DNA from: Ophelia neglecta
Taxonomy: Eukaryota
Direction: 5' to 3'
NCBI GenBank assembly: GCA_965285935.1
Contig: OZ260665.1
Coordinates: forward strand, 14,384,001-14,448,000
Length of the DNA stretch: 64,000 nucleotides
Below, piece by piece: positions 14,301 to 29,300 of this stretch. The notes under the pieces were generated by a model. That model saw only the letters and a program-made list of their open reading frames with translations, searched no databases and was not told where the DNA came from. The first letter of the stretch is position 1. Every line of letters begins with the position of its first letter. Made by a program: the position numbers and the translations under genes.

Positions 14301-17300
14301 GTTTTACCTTCAACGCTGGTCGTTTGACTTTAAATTCAAAGTCTACCCGACATTTTTCAAACACTCCTCCTTTTGTTGTCAGTGATATGTAGAACATTCC
14401 TCTACTAGGGGCTTGCACTGACGATATAATACAAATCTTTATATATAGGGAAAACAGTCATGCCAATGTCTTAGTGTATATTAATGAGCATTCAATAATA
14501 ATGTTTTAATGGATTATTCAATGCCCATAAATAGTAGTCTCAGCCTTAAAATCATAATTGTATTAGCAATTTTCCCGAAAGTAGTATTTGACCATGCAAT
14601 TGTTGTTTTGTTCTTGGTTTACCTCGAACGGTAAGTGTAAGCTGAATCTCTTCCGATGCAATCATTTGATCTCGGAGCAAACAGTCTCCACGTTCCAATA
14701 AACAGTGAGGTGACGTAACATTTGTTTCCCATAAAAGTATGTCCATCGCTTCCAGTTCCGGTATCCTCTGTATGATTCATTCCAATAATGAAGTTTGCAA
14801 TACTTTGACGAGACCAAACATCGAAACGTTTCATATATTTTGAATATTAGTTTAATAGCGCTGACTACCTACCTGAGCAATGACCTTCAACACAGCGTCA
14901 TTACCAACATTGGTGACCTTGAGATTTGTAGAGAAAGACGTCTGATCTACAAACCCAGTCAGAGATATATAGGAGGGCTTAAAGCGCATACCAAGCACGG
15001 ACCACTGTATCTGAGGGGAGAAACCCGAGTCACGGGGATGCCGTGCGTCCTATAAATATAAAGCAAGAATATCCACACAATAGCTAGCAAAATACACAAA
15101 TTCAAAACCGCTCATATGACCAGTCGTTTAGGTCGTTTATCGCACAGCATGGTCATTTGTGGACAACTTATCTTTCCTAGGGGTATTATATGATAGGTAT
15201 CTTTAATCTAATTATCATTCATAGAATTTGGTACTAGTTCCAAACGTATTAGCATGTATAAATTTTATGATTAAGGTAGAAATTTTGGACGGATGCCCTT
15301 TGTCTTAAGCATTGAGTGTTCAGGAGTAAGTAACATTCCACATATAATGCAAATTGGAATAATTGACTATTCAAAAAAAAATATAGTAGTGTACAGGTAC
15401 TGTTATCTATAATAGCCTTATAAATAAAAAGAATGTTCCAACTTACAGCTTTAAACACTCCATATTCATTTTGTGAAGGGAAGAACCGAGTATAAAATAT
15501 TCCTGTTCCGGGCATGGATTTCACATTGAGCGTCCTTACCGCTTTATTGGAATGGATTCTGAAATTTGGTGTAAGTCAGGTTCAATTATAAATGAGTTGA
15601 CGTCCTATGGTTAATACACATAAGAATCAAAGCATCTGTACATCCAATGCGTCATCCTTAGACCCGCCATATATGCGGCTAAATTGACCGGCTTAATGAT
15701 AAATTGCAATTTGTTTGATACGTGTTTTTCTGTGCTCTGACTATAAAGAAAGAGTGGGCAAAAAACCCTATTCAGAAGTTGTGGCTATATAGTTATGCTT
15801 TATAATTATGCACATCCTATCTCTGCTCGTTCCGTGATCAAAATTCCTCATGAAATAGACTGTACTTATGTTAACTGACAACATATGAGCTGTACAGATT
15901 TATATCTGGCCAGGGATAGAGTAAACAATATTCAGTAGATTGGTTTTATTAACTGTTCATATATATACCGACCCTCTCCTTTTATTTCTCATTTTGTTTT
16001 TCATATAACCGACCGACTCAGTATAATTTTGATATACCTTATTACAACTGGCACTTTGGACTGTTGTAGATCCTCTGCTGCATTGTCAAAAACAACTCTT
16101 CCACTGATCAGCATTGGCAAAGCCTTCGGATATGGCCCCGGAAGCACGCCATCTAGTGTCACGTGATAAGTGAGCGGTACGTTGAGTTTGAAGGTCATCT
16201 CATCCTTGCCGTAGGTGTTCTTACACGTGACTGTAAGAGTGTACGGTCGCTCCGACGCCACTGCATGTGGCCAGTGGACCATTCCTGCGTCGTTCATGGT
16301 CATGCCTGAGGGGTTGCCTGACAGACGCCAAATCACGGGTTGCTGACCCTAAATCATACATTCAAAGGGTTTATATGGAACAAAATACAATTTTAAGTCA
16401 GTTCGACATTAACTGTGCAAAGACCACTATACAATGTATCAAAAATAGATAGCTGACCTCTGCCAGGTAAAGTTGCAAAGTGAATTCACTCCTCTCCATC
16501 GCCTCGAGGGTAGTGACTGGTGTTATGACTGGTGGCAGACCAACCTCGGAGCAGCTGTCTCCTCTCCAGGGTTTAATACAGACACATCTTCCCTTAGAGC
16601 AAACTCCTCTCTGGGGAACCTCTCTTGACCCGCAGGCGCTCTCAGGGCAAAGCGCGTAGTACTCATAATACACCTACATGTAAATATCAATGCATTAGAA
16701 TGTTACCTTGACCACATATAGTCTATTTTATTCATAGGTCATGCTAGTTTGTCCTCACAAAGTATGGGGAATTTCTGAAACATCTTCATCTGTCAGGTGT
16801 ACCCCTGGACGCTTCCTTTGATTTGCCGGTTTCACGACTGTGATATGTTACCAGCTGGATGCAAGGTTGCGATTAGTTTTTCAATTTTGCTTTTTCATAT
16901 GCTCATTTACAGTGACTGAATGATGTTTATCATACAAATTCTTAAACAGTACAACCAACAGCGAAATCGACCCACTGATTGGAGGTGGAATAAAAATCAT
17001 GGTTGTTGCAAATAATTTATTGTTAGGGTCTGGCTTGTGTTAGTGGTTAAGGTTCGCATGCGGCACATTGATTTTACAACATTTTAAAAAGACTGCCATA
17101 GGCTAAAATCGTGAGTTTTGCTAGAGATAGTTGTAGGAAGAATGTTGTCAAAATGACATCCGCTGTCGTAGTAATCATCGGACGAGGGACTTATGACCTT
17201 GAATACCTCTAGTACATGTTAATCCACTTGGATTGATCACTCAACATCATACATCAGTCACGTCCTCTGGACAGGGGTTTGAGACTTAACTTAACTAGAC

Positions 17301-20300
17301 CACTGTTGTGCTAGGAACACACTTTTCTTGATCAGACTAATGACGATAATGATGTTACTACCTTTTCATTGGTGAATGGTAAACCAAGGCCAGACGATAC
17401 TGACACCCTGACCCGACCTGGATTATTCTCAGGGGCGCGGCAGACTATCTCCTCTTTCGACTGCCATTCAGCAGGGACTTCATCGTTGTTAAATCTGAGA
17501 AGATTGTTTAACATTATAGTTTTACAGCTAAATAACATGTGGAAACAGCGGCTTGGGCTTCACTTTATTTCTATTTCTACCTAACACCGGGTAATATAGT
17601 AGCAAAATGGCAATATCGGCCTTTCCTACATGTCCTACTTGTATCATTGCGCAAAACTATTTTCCAATGCTATCATAGCTTTTTTTCCACAATAACTGCT
17701 ATTGTGGAAAAAAGGAAATTTTATTTGTACCAGCCTTCTTGCATTTGGGCTCAAATGGATAATTACCTACCAAATTATTTGAAAAAAACTGAGTCTTGAC
17801 TGTAAGAACACAGCACTTTGAAAGCCGATTTAAGGTCGTTATTATTATGACCTTGTCCGTTCATTGCACGTACCTGCATCTATATTGCGATGAGCTGGGA
17901 AAGTTATGACCGAACACGTGTACCAGGTTTCCTCCTGTATCCGGGCCTCTTTCGGGGGTTACGAATAATACCTGGATGCATCGATCATAATCGTTTTATT
18001 TGTTTGGTCATATACCAATTGGAAGTACATGTAGTTGGCTTTAATCATAATTTTAATTATAAACTTGTATTGTTATTTGTAAGGAAGAGTAGTTACTTCA
18101 ATTGATGTCATAAAAAATGTATTAAGTGTAGATTTTCTTCACCCATATTTACCTTGGTAAAGGGTTATTTTTTTACTAAATTTTATTTTCCATATTTAAA
18201 CTTCGGGCTACATCGAATTAATACAAGTTACATCATATGATCCATAACATAAGTAACCTTGGTAAAGGGTTGACACGTTGGTCCGTAAAACGTCTCAGCA
18301 CATTCCGAACATTGATCCCCAGCCCAGTTGGCCTCTGAACACACGCAAACTCCTGATTCAAATAAACACATTACGGTGTACGATTTTTTTCCATTAACTC
18401 GCCAAAGTTCAAGAAGGTTACTACACAGATAACATGAGTTGTAAAGAGATGAAATCAAAACATTTAAAACGAGTCAAAGTGACAAAAGCTCTCGAGTAAT
18501 GTGTGAAAAGGAATAATGTGAATATGGCATAGAGCTGTGTAGTTTATTTTGTTAGAATACGTATGGGTTGAATTTGCATTCCATGTGTCAGTGTCCAATA
18601 TCATCATTTCATTCTTATAGCACTAGCTTTTTCATCTGATAACATGAAGAATTGACTGATTTGATATCACTTACGTTGAGAAGTAATCAAATATTGTATT
18701 TGTAATGTTTTCCACACGTGGATTAATTTTATTCTACTAACAAGTATTTCTTATAAAACATTTTAGATACCTGAGTTAGGGTGACAGAATCCATTCACAC
18801 ATTCAGGGCAGGCTAAACACAATGGACCCCAGCGATCTTCGGCACAATTATCACAAGCCTCACCGCCAAATCCCTCGTAACAGTAACACCTGACGAAAAC
18901 AAAGTTATACTCAGCACCACTATGTAAGATATGGCGCCCGAAGTATCCTTATATGAACCACTTAGCACCACCCATATATTGCTAGTTGAATGCCTTAAAA
19001 GGCTGCTTTGTGGTACTGCTTTTCCGATTATTAAGCACTGTGCTAAAATTAAAGGCAATAGTAATGTTAAACTAATGGTATATTGTTTCACCAATACTGT
19101 TCTGTAGTTTATGCTCATGTTAATCAACAAACGACAATAAAATCGATTTAATTTAAACAGGAATCATGACTAATATTTCATATAATGTTTTAATAAACAA
19201 TGCTAAATTGCATAATCTTTTATTGGTGGTGTTGATTATATGTGATCAGCTTTGCTCACATTATATCATTCACTCAGGTGACATGGCGGCTACCAGCTAC
19301 ATAATTTGGATTCTATGAACTAACGGTAAGATTAAAAAAGAATCAAATGCTATTAAAACTGAATTTGCTATTCTGTGTCTTTGTGGCAAGGGTGACCATG
19401 GGCAAAAACTTTAGATAGGTAATGTTTTATACCTGTCAGGTGATACACAAACTCCATTTAAACTGCAGTTTTTCCTGTTGTAACACGTTGGTTTGGAGCA
19501 GTCCGGCGGTAGCCATCCCGGTTGACATTGGCAAACATTAGGGGCTACACAGTCTCCATTACCTTGACATTCATACATCTTAGCGCAAGACACCTATGAG
19601 CATAATAAGTCCACTAGCGTGTGATGATGTAAACAACATCATCAACCAAAACATATAATATACACAAATTTACCGCCACCATATTTCGTAATGTAACCAT
19701 TTGCTTGTAAACCCATGCTTGATTCATCCCAATATGTATTCAATTTAAGTGCGATCAAACTTACAGTTCCACAGTCCGCCCCGGCCCAGCCCTCGTGACA
19801 GACACACACATCAGGTCTCCTGCAATCTCCGTGTGCACTGCAATTGTTAACATTGTGACACGATACTTCAGGAGATTTCAAGGGGTCGGTCCAAGTCACG
19901 GTACCCACCTGTGGGTCATCCGCATTGTCAAAAATTCTATTCTACAAGATTTGAATGGAAAACACAATGTTAGGGCAACCGATGATTATATGACAAACAA
20001 ATACATGTATGATTAACGGTATATGAGATGTTACACATGTTCTAACAATCAAGAGAATGCATTTCATACTGAACGATTTAATAAGAAAATTTAGTTTCTG
20101 CAATTATAGCATTCAATTTTGGCACCGAGCGGTTTATATTCTGGATTAACGCATTATCTGTGTCTGTCGGATATTCACACCCGTTTTATTAAGTCAAACA
20201 ATCGTAAATTTTCATTTCAACCTAAAATTTACAGTCAATAAGTTAACGACTGTGTAACTTACAGCGTTAGCCGAAGAAAACACATTTGTATTAAACCATC

Positions 20301-23300
20301 TAATAAGTATCAGAAAAAATCCAGAACTTTTTATACATTATTTGATTTAAATTAACACGTTTTACCGGAATCAGAGCTTCATCACTAGTGCCCCACCAGT
20401 TGTTTGGACACATCAAGGTATTATCGCTCATGGCAAAGGTTGCTTTGACATCGAATTTACTCAGAGGATTAATAAAGATATTCCTACAAAAGAACGCAAA
20501 GGCACAAGTGATATATTCTAAAATGAAAACCCGTTTTGACAGAAAACCCTTGACTATCATTATTTCTTTAAGGATACCTGCGGCATTTGAATGCGTTGGT
20601 TGAACAAACTATAGCACTTATGCAATATAAACACACTTGCTATGTGATGTGGAACAGAACAGCGAAAGTAATACGCGCCAGAATAACAGAGTAGGTTTAG
20701 AGTATAACCGGTTAACAGTAGATATATGAGCTGCCAAAGAACAAATGCACAAATACAGAGAAATAAACAAACACCGGATGGAGCAATTTTATAATTCCCA
20801 CCTCTCTAAAAGCACAGCCACCGCCATCGAATTTTAGCTTTAGCAGACAAACATGCATTGGCATATATTCAGAAAAATTGCTGGATGGTAAAAAACTATG
20901 TGTTCTTAAATAATAATTTCTCATTTTGGTTCACCATTAAAGCCTACCTTTCTACTGTGGCCCTGTAGGTTTGCGTTTGCAAAACGGCCGCCGTGGCCCA
21001 GTTACCCGTGAACAGGTTTCCAGACACTTTGATGTATGGACTTCCTTCTGCCAATACACGACTATCGATCTACAAATATTAATCCAAAGATAACGTAGCA
21101 AAAATACCTTAACCCAAGAAAAAAAATTTGAAATTCTGTGTGGGTATAAACCTTGTTTCAAGCATGTATTAAATCAAGTAGCTATTATACTGAGTGTAGC
21201 CTGATGTCTGTTTCAACATCAAGGCATATAACGTAAAGTTCTGGGGATACATTATTTGCAATCGGATTAAAACAAAGATAAACACCTCCGATTGTCATTG
21301 TTTACCTGAAGTATGGACGTCCCTTCATTTTTGTTGAAGTCGTTGGTTTCAATACTAAGTTTATTTTCACTGTGGCTATTCCCAAAAGAAGATATGATAC
21401 CAACGCAACCGTCATGATATGTGTTGTTGTAGAAAGTGTTGTTCCTTATCGTGATGTCTACGTTATCAACACTTTTCAACACAATAGCAGATCTAGTCGA
21501 GTTAGCGAAAACATTGGAGAGCACCTATAAAAGAACACGGTACAATGAGAAACGAAATGAGATAGCCAAGAACATTATTCGGCGTATAACATATTATGTG
21601 GGCTTAAAGTACAGGTATTCGACGAAACTTACAGAAGGGGAGGCTTTGGCGAATGGGTCTGATGTATGGGGGTGGGGGGGGGGGGGGGGGGGGTGGTGTT
21701 GTTTAGATGACTTAACTCATAATGAACTACACCGCATAGTTTAAAGTACTAACCGATAGTACATTTCCCCTGCCATAGGTCGTACTGTACACTTCCAGAC
21801 ATTCATACATGTTTTCTGACCAAGTGTTAAACTCTACATTAACTACAGAGTCAATTCCATATATTTTCAAGTATACGGACTTTCCAGTTAGAGTTCCAAA
21901 GAATCTGTCGATTGATATGATAACGAAATCTTACAACAACGATTTGATCAATATGTTCATTTGCGAACAAAGACGTGTGCAAATATATGTGGAAACTGAC
22001 ATAATACAATAAGTTTCACCATAAAAGCTGTTATAATTTACTCGTTAATTCTCAACGGATATCAGACTTATGTTATTATATGTACGGCTGCAAACAAACT
22101 GGCCACGGCTTATCAGGTATCCAGGTGGCCTAATGCACAACTAAATGGTTCTTCTATATTGATCTCATTTTAAACTAACCTGTTATGACTAAGGTGTAAA
22201 ACCGCGCTATCTTGCGTGCGTATATCAATGGCATTAGTCTTGCTGTGTTGGAATACACATCTGGCGATACTGATGTCCGTTACACCGACCAGGATAATGC
22301 CATTCGTTTTATAGAAGGAGCAGTCTTCCACAGTTAGGTTAGTGTGCAAATTTAAGTAGTTGGTCATAAACACTGCTTGTTCACTAATATCTGTGAAACT
22401 AGAAATTATTATGTATTAGATATTTATAACCTAATACACAGGGCAAGATCACAAGGACGAATTTGAGTGCAAACCAAGAGCATCATGGGTTGGACAGCGT
22501 GAAGTGCAAAAGCGCTGATAAAATATAATATGAAAATTCACTACGAAAAATAAATAATGGCCCACAATATTTTGCTGTCATTTCCAATAAAAAAAGTTAG
22601 TCTTGGATGAATTTGACAATGACTGCAGCTTATTGGGTTGACATAAAAACATTAATACATCCAAAACTAAGCGAGGTCTCGTAGAAATACAAGTGGCAAC
22701 GCAAACTGTTACAAATGAAAAGGGTTCTAAAATGTTTATACTATTTCACTGCGTATTGAGAAAAAAACTGTAACCTGTTTACCTTGAGTTTTTTACCACC
22801 AGTCGCCCGATTTTATTGAAGTTAATAGCCTTGCCAGATGTGGCATTGAAAAATAACGAGTCTGTGACAGACAGTGCAACACCTTCATCCATCAGCTTCA
22901 TTGCATCATGACGGAAGTGACGAATTATCAGGCGTGACAAATTAAGTTGTCCACTTCCGTAAACTTGTATAGCATCATTTTTCATACGTTCCAGTATGAC
23001 ATTTTCAAATCTGCAACATTCGCACTCTATAAAGAAAACACATTTAGATTACAAGTAGCATTCATGTTGTCTTTCGCCACTCTTTTAACATAATTAAGCT
23101 TGTTGTCGCCAGAGTCAATCGAGTGTTCCAAAAAGGTTGAAATGTGATGCAAAATTAACACAAGACACATGAATTATATCATTCATGTGGTTTTGCCACT
23201 GCACGTGGATACCCTCTCCAATGATTGGTGGTATTTCCTGGCTTGTGGGGACCTCATTTGGAGTTGGCACTATTGGTTCAAATGGTAAAACAGAAAGCGT

Positions 23301-26300
23301 CATAACTAAATCAAATATATGCCTTCCTACCTGCCACAGGAGGTAGGTATATAATTAATCCATGCCAGGGAAAAGAGGGATCCTCAGCTGTGAGTATTGT
23401 ACTCTCCCATGCGTCCTCATCGAAGCACACGTTACCTGCAAATCGGGTGTTTTATGATAATATATCAAAAAGCTGTAACGCATAGGAATCAAAATAATGG
23501 GTTAATAAAAAGTAACATCAATTTGGACATATGTCATAAAAACGGAATAGCTGATTTATAAGATTAATTGACCATATGCCATGGAACAGACAAAATAAAG
23601 TATATTATTGTTTCAGTTCAGCCAAATTGATAAACTGATAGAAGTTGAACTTTCAGCATATCTTTTACAAGCTATCTGCATGATACTGGATGGTCTGTTC
23701 TATCAAATATGTTTTATTACGCGACAAATCAGGCAAATACATCATTAATGATTCTAAAATGAATGCCCCTACAAACTATAGTAGCTACCTTCACTTAGCA
23801 ATCCTCTATGTTCCTTGAATTTTAGTGTAACACCTCTCTCTAGAATCAGTTTTCCACCATTCCTAGTAATATGTCTTAACCAATAAGTATTTCAATCATA
23901 TTTATCATTGATAGTCGTTTTCATTTTGAAACCCAAAAACAAAGCATTAGGGATACTTTTATCAAACACATTAATATAGCATACCTAATATATATACTTC
24001 GTGTTACTATGTATGGCTCAGCACGTGATTTGACAACGCTATTTCCAATGACATCTCCTCCAATGCCATCTGCCCCGACAAAGTGGCCAGATGGGGGTTG
24101 GTGGACAAGTCTAGTGAGCATGCGGTCCGAATAAAACGGCCAAATATCCAAGGCGACTAAGGAAGCATCTTTAAAAAAGTCACACGTCCTAGAAAAACGT
24201 AATCATTTTAAGAGCCATATTTGTCTGTATTTAAATATAGGGATTTATAGGTTTTGCTATGTCTAGTAAATTTGTCTAACGAGTTGAATAAAAGCAGATA
24301 TAGTTATTATTATCGCTCGCACCATGATCAGAGGTTATTGTGGTACTGGAGTATCCTTCCATCTACGTACCACGTCAAGTGATGATTATTATTGATGATA
24401 ACTGGCACGTACATGTCATCTTCCATTTAGCACATGACTTACAGTGTCTCACCATCCTCTGCAGTATATTCTTTTGCCCTTATTTGTTCAAGGCCGGCGG
24501 TTACTAATATTTTATTAACATTTTATTTTCTCCACCTCACCTGTTATACACAGCTTCGTAGGTTTGTTCCCCCCAGTAGTTGTACGGCGCCGATACTGTC
24601 CCGCTATGTATGTTATTTGACACCCGAGTTGCGGTTGATATTTCGCACTCGGCTTTGTTGTTAAACACGTTTCTGGTGATAGACAGCCCTGGGAACTTCA
24701 CGTATACAACCTGTTGCTTATAGCCTGGGCTAAAAATAAAATCAAATATAAGTTGGCGAAGAAAATATTAGGAAATATACTGTTTAACTTCATTGATATT
24801 TAAATAGCTGATCATGGAGCAACGCGTTCTAAAAAGACCGCCATCCACGAGTGCCGAGTGTACTATGTTCGAAAAACAATTTGCTTTTCTTATACTGTTT
24901 TTTCAATAGAGATAATTAATGGCTGAATGAAATATAACTCCCATTGCCCTGTGAAATGTGGTTCTAAATAAACCAAAACATAGTGTGATATACTCACAAG
25001 GCAGTATTGTTTGTAAATGTATTTTCCGTCAAAGTACAGTTTGTGCACCCATCCCCAGCGCTTTCCAACGCAATTATTCTATTCGCCTTATTGTCTGTGA
25101 ACGTGTTATTTGAAATCTGAAATGGAGTGTAGGTATATTTTTACTGGTCAGATAAAGCAGAAAGCTTTAATCATCCGTATTATTTACAATGGTGTTGAAA
25201 ATGGATAGATTAAAAATGAGTGAAGAACTAGGGCGCAAAGGTAATGAGCCGGTGCCTTTAAAAGAAGAAACCAGAAAGCAAAGTAAATTTCTACCGACCA
25301 TCCCAATTTAAAAAACTTTATAATCTCACCTGTTATTATATACACAATGTATGTTCAGAAAACTATATTTTAATTCCTATTACCAATATTTCAATAGTTA
25401 CGTGTCCACGAATGACGAAGTTTACTTGCGCATTCAAATTAAAACAACTTCGCTTGTAGTGTTGAATAAGGCTATTTTATCAAATGTAACATGTTACATA
25501 AATTCACAAAGGGGAGGGGGGGAGGGGGGAAGCTTACCCAACAAATATAATGACACTGTTAAAATGCAAATAAAAATAAATTTGTGATTCCAAACTAGTA
25601 CAAAGTTCCTATTTAAGTAGTTTCATATCAATTGTGTGCAGCTAGTTTGGACATCTACAGCAGGTCTGGTCTGTCTCTGGCATCAACCAGTTTAAAGTGG
25701 CAGCAACCAGATTTGTATGAAGGACTCTTGTAACAGGCTGGCAATTGTTTTTCGAGAGCAATACTATTGTATTCAGGCGCCCTTCGTGTTTTTTCACAGT
25801 GGGACACTTTAGGAGGAAAATAATCTTCTCTGTCCAAAGCAGCTGATTTGGATGGATTAGCTTTCAATCCATCTCATGTAGGGGGCATTTTTCCTTTATC
25901 TACACTCTGAAGTGATTAGTTGTAGGATACATAATTAGGGATTTCAGCATGAGTCAAATATGGGATGGATGTTTCGACTTGTGCTGTCTTGTTCAATGGC
26001 GCTGAATGAGTAGACCTTTGGTGACTAATTATCTGTGCTACTGCTTCTTTCAAAGTAACGGAAGATTTTATATTATTCTTGACCATAAAAAGTTCGTGGA
26101 TTTACATTCATAGTGTCTCATTTTCTTGTTTATCTTGTGAAATGTTTATCAGAATTTCTGAACACTTCCATTTTCACAGTCTTTAATTGTACACCAGCAG
26201 CCGGACATATAGAAAAGTCTGATCTGCTATGCTAACATACATGTAGGAATTCATATATCTCTTGTCTGAGTCAATGGACTTGGAAGTTTTTTCCGATGAG

Positions 26301-29300
26301 CGCGTATCAAATTAGGACTTAAATTTGCATTTGCCCTCCACCGCCGCAGGGCAGCAACAATCGCAAAATATAGTTCTGTAAACACCCTGTAGTACAAACC
26401 ATATAAAACTAATTTAAAAGGCATGTTAAATCCTCGTTTCAAACAGGGCCCCAACATATTTAGACAGCCATGTAAAAAAGTTAAATGCATTTAAAATAGC
26501 AATTTTTAAAGGAGTGCGAAACTACTTGACATACATCCACTTGTGCGTCGTAAAGATAAACATTAAGGAATGGCCACTTTGGGATTATGACAAAATTAAG
26601 AAAATCGGATCGTTTACCTTAAATTCGAGTGCTCTTCCGTCCACTTGCAAAAGAGTCGATATAACATATCTTGATGTGTGGTTGATAAATATATTGTTTC
26701 TGATCTCAAGATTTCCATGGTTTCCATGATTGGACACCTTCATGCACAAATGCACAATTGAGTGAATTAAAATTCAAAGGGGATAAAACGACAAGGAATG
26801 ATTTGTTAGGAAGATCATACCAGTAACAACGTACATGGTGTCAATTCTTTGGGTTAAATCCAAAGACACAGTCATGTTATTAAGTGCTGATCTTGTGGCT
26901 ACCTGGTACGGTTCCCTGTTTCCTGTGCAATTCGAGAATGTGTTATCTTCCATCAGTACATTATACATAAACCGAACATCCAAGCCTCTGTGGTTCTTTG
27001 TCACATTGCAACCTCGGATAGTGAACACGCTCGCCTGCTGTTGACTGTGAATAATAAGGAGAACTGATTGACCAATATCTCTATTACTTCCGAGATTAAC
27101 GGCAGCAATAAATTCCTACATCTGAATATATTTTAAAAGGCATAAAACCAACGATTGTGTTATATCTAGTCTCGCTGTAAATGTATGCAGCTAAAATACC
27201 GATTTGAAAATAGGAGCAATTTTTGTCAAGAGACTGCTGGCTCTAAATTTCGCCAAGACAGGGTGACAGTGAAAGTAATAACTACATTATTACGACGACC
27301 AGGTACTACTACCGCATTTTACAACGCTTTCCACTACTGGCCCGGTAAGCCCTATATAAGGAGCACAGTATGTGGCAGTGCAGTTATCCCCTGCATTCAA
27401 GCCCTCTCTATTCAAAGTTAAGTCACAGGAGTGTTCATAATTAGTCTCGACTATATTTTTCTCTGGCGAGTTGTTTTTCGACCAGAATAAGAACAAAGAA
27501 CTCAGTTGCATATAACCTTACCATTCAGATTTATGTACCATCGACTCACCAAATCATCAATGGTTGTTTTATGGACAGATTGATTTCTAAACTTATATTT
27601 TTATGTTATGAGAAATCCTAACTATTTATCGCAGTGTTAACAGACGAAGTGGTCCCGCAGAAACACACTGTAAGGGCAACAAAAATATCTGGTTTTAGAA
27701 TAGCCTGCAAACTGTTTAAAATATGTCTACATGCTCAACTAATATTTAATTTGCAATTTAGAATTACACTGCGGTTGTTTATTTTAATGTCCTAAGGTGT
27801 ATGGGAAGGAGGAATATACCGCTCCACAATATCATAATATTACCGAGAATATGAATAAAGTGGCCATGCGTGCATGTGATACAAAGCAGTGAGTTTAGAA
27901 AGGCGTTGATGTCAGTACATAGTTTACGGTTCTATGTGTTGTTCATAGCGATTGCCTACCACACAAATCTATATATCAAATTATGTATCACAATTATGTT
28001 GACCAACACCTTAAACCAAACCAAACATAAGCTGCAATCGCTCCTAGTACCTGATATAGAGTCCAGTTTGTGCGTTGCTGTATATATCAGTGTCCTCTAT
28101 TGTGAGATTAGGGCTTCCTTGGCTAAACTGAATACCATACTGGGAGTTGTCAAACACACGACAATGCTGTATGTAGACGTCACTGTACGTGGGGCCTGAT
28201 TCCAGGTTGTATTGGGCTTCGTTAACATTGGTGAATTCAAAACGGAAACCTACCTGGAAACAACAAAAGGCAAGATGAGCAATATAAATGCAACGGGGTT
28301 ATCTGAAAAAACATACATTCCAAAAGTAAACATAAGGGAATAATCCCGCTAATTTATTTATTTATTTATTTTTATATCTATTTATTACATTTATAGAGCG
28401 TTATTTCCAAAAAACTTGTTCAATAGCGCCTAACAATAAAAAAATGTAGAGTTATGTTAAAACAATTGGGTTAAAAACAAACATAGTTTACAAGTTTTTG
28501 AAAGCTGCATTAAAAAGAAAAGTCTTTATTTTACGTTTAAAACCGGAAACAGTCTCATACAAACGTGCATCACTTGGCAAACTGTTCCATATTTTGGGAG
28601 CTAGATGCGATAATTGCCTATGTCCAAAACTAACGGTTCTGACCTTTGGTACCACCAACAAATTGTGACCCCGTGATCTTAAGTCTCTGGTTGGCACATA
28701 TGGGAGCAACATATCCCTGACGTATGGGGGAGCCAGCCCATTGAGAGCCGTAAATGTGATCAGGCAGATTTTAAATTGTATGCGTTGTTGCACTGGCAGC
28801 CAGTGCAACTGCTTGAGAAGTGGTGTGATATATGCCCATGCGGGCTGCTGCATTCTGCACCCGTTGCAATTTTTGAACTAGAAAAACAGGGAGCCCTCCA
28901 TAGAGTGAGTTCAAATTATCAATTTTTGATGTTACAAATGCATGAGTTATAGTCTGCAGGGCCTCTGGTGTGAGATACTTTTTTATCTTGGCAATATTGC
29001 GCAGCTGAAAAAATGCACCCTTGCAGGCTGCGTTGATGTGTGCTTCGAGAGTGCCATCACAACTGAAAATTGCTCCAATATTTCGTGCTGAAGAGGAAAG
29101 CTGAATCAGAGACTCCCCTATTCGAACGCCTGTATCAATGCTTTGATTGCTTCCTCTTGACCTGATACACATAATTTCTGTCTTAGTGTCATTAAGACGA
29201 AGAAAATTGTGAGCCATCCATTTCCTCACACCATCAATGCAGATCTCAACTTTCGATTTTGCCTCCGGCAAGTCCTCCGGTTTAAAAGAGATATATACCT

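Noticed and set aside
21669-21695. Poly-G/poly-C tracts (also near 33384, 48938, 50819, 52427, 54128)
   Set aside because: Simple homopolymers in introns or intergenic DNA, prone to sequencing error; no evidence of function.
25650-26250. Possible decayed LINE ORF1/gag remnant
   Set aside because: Only vague compositional similarity with many stops; no motif I can defend.
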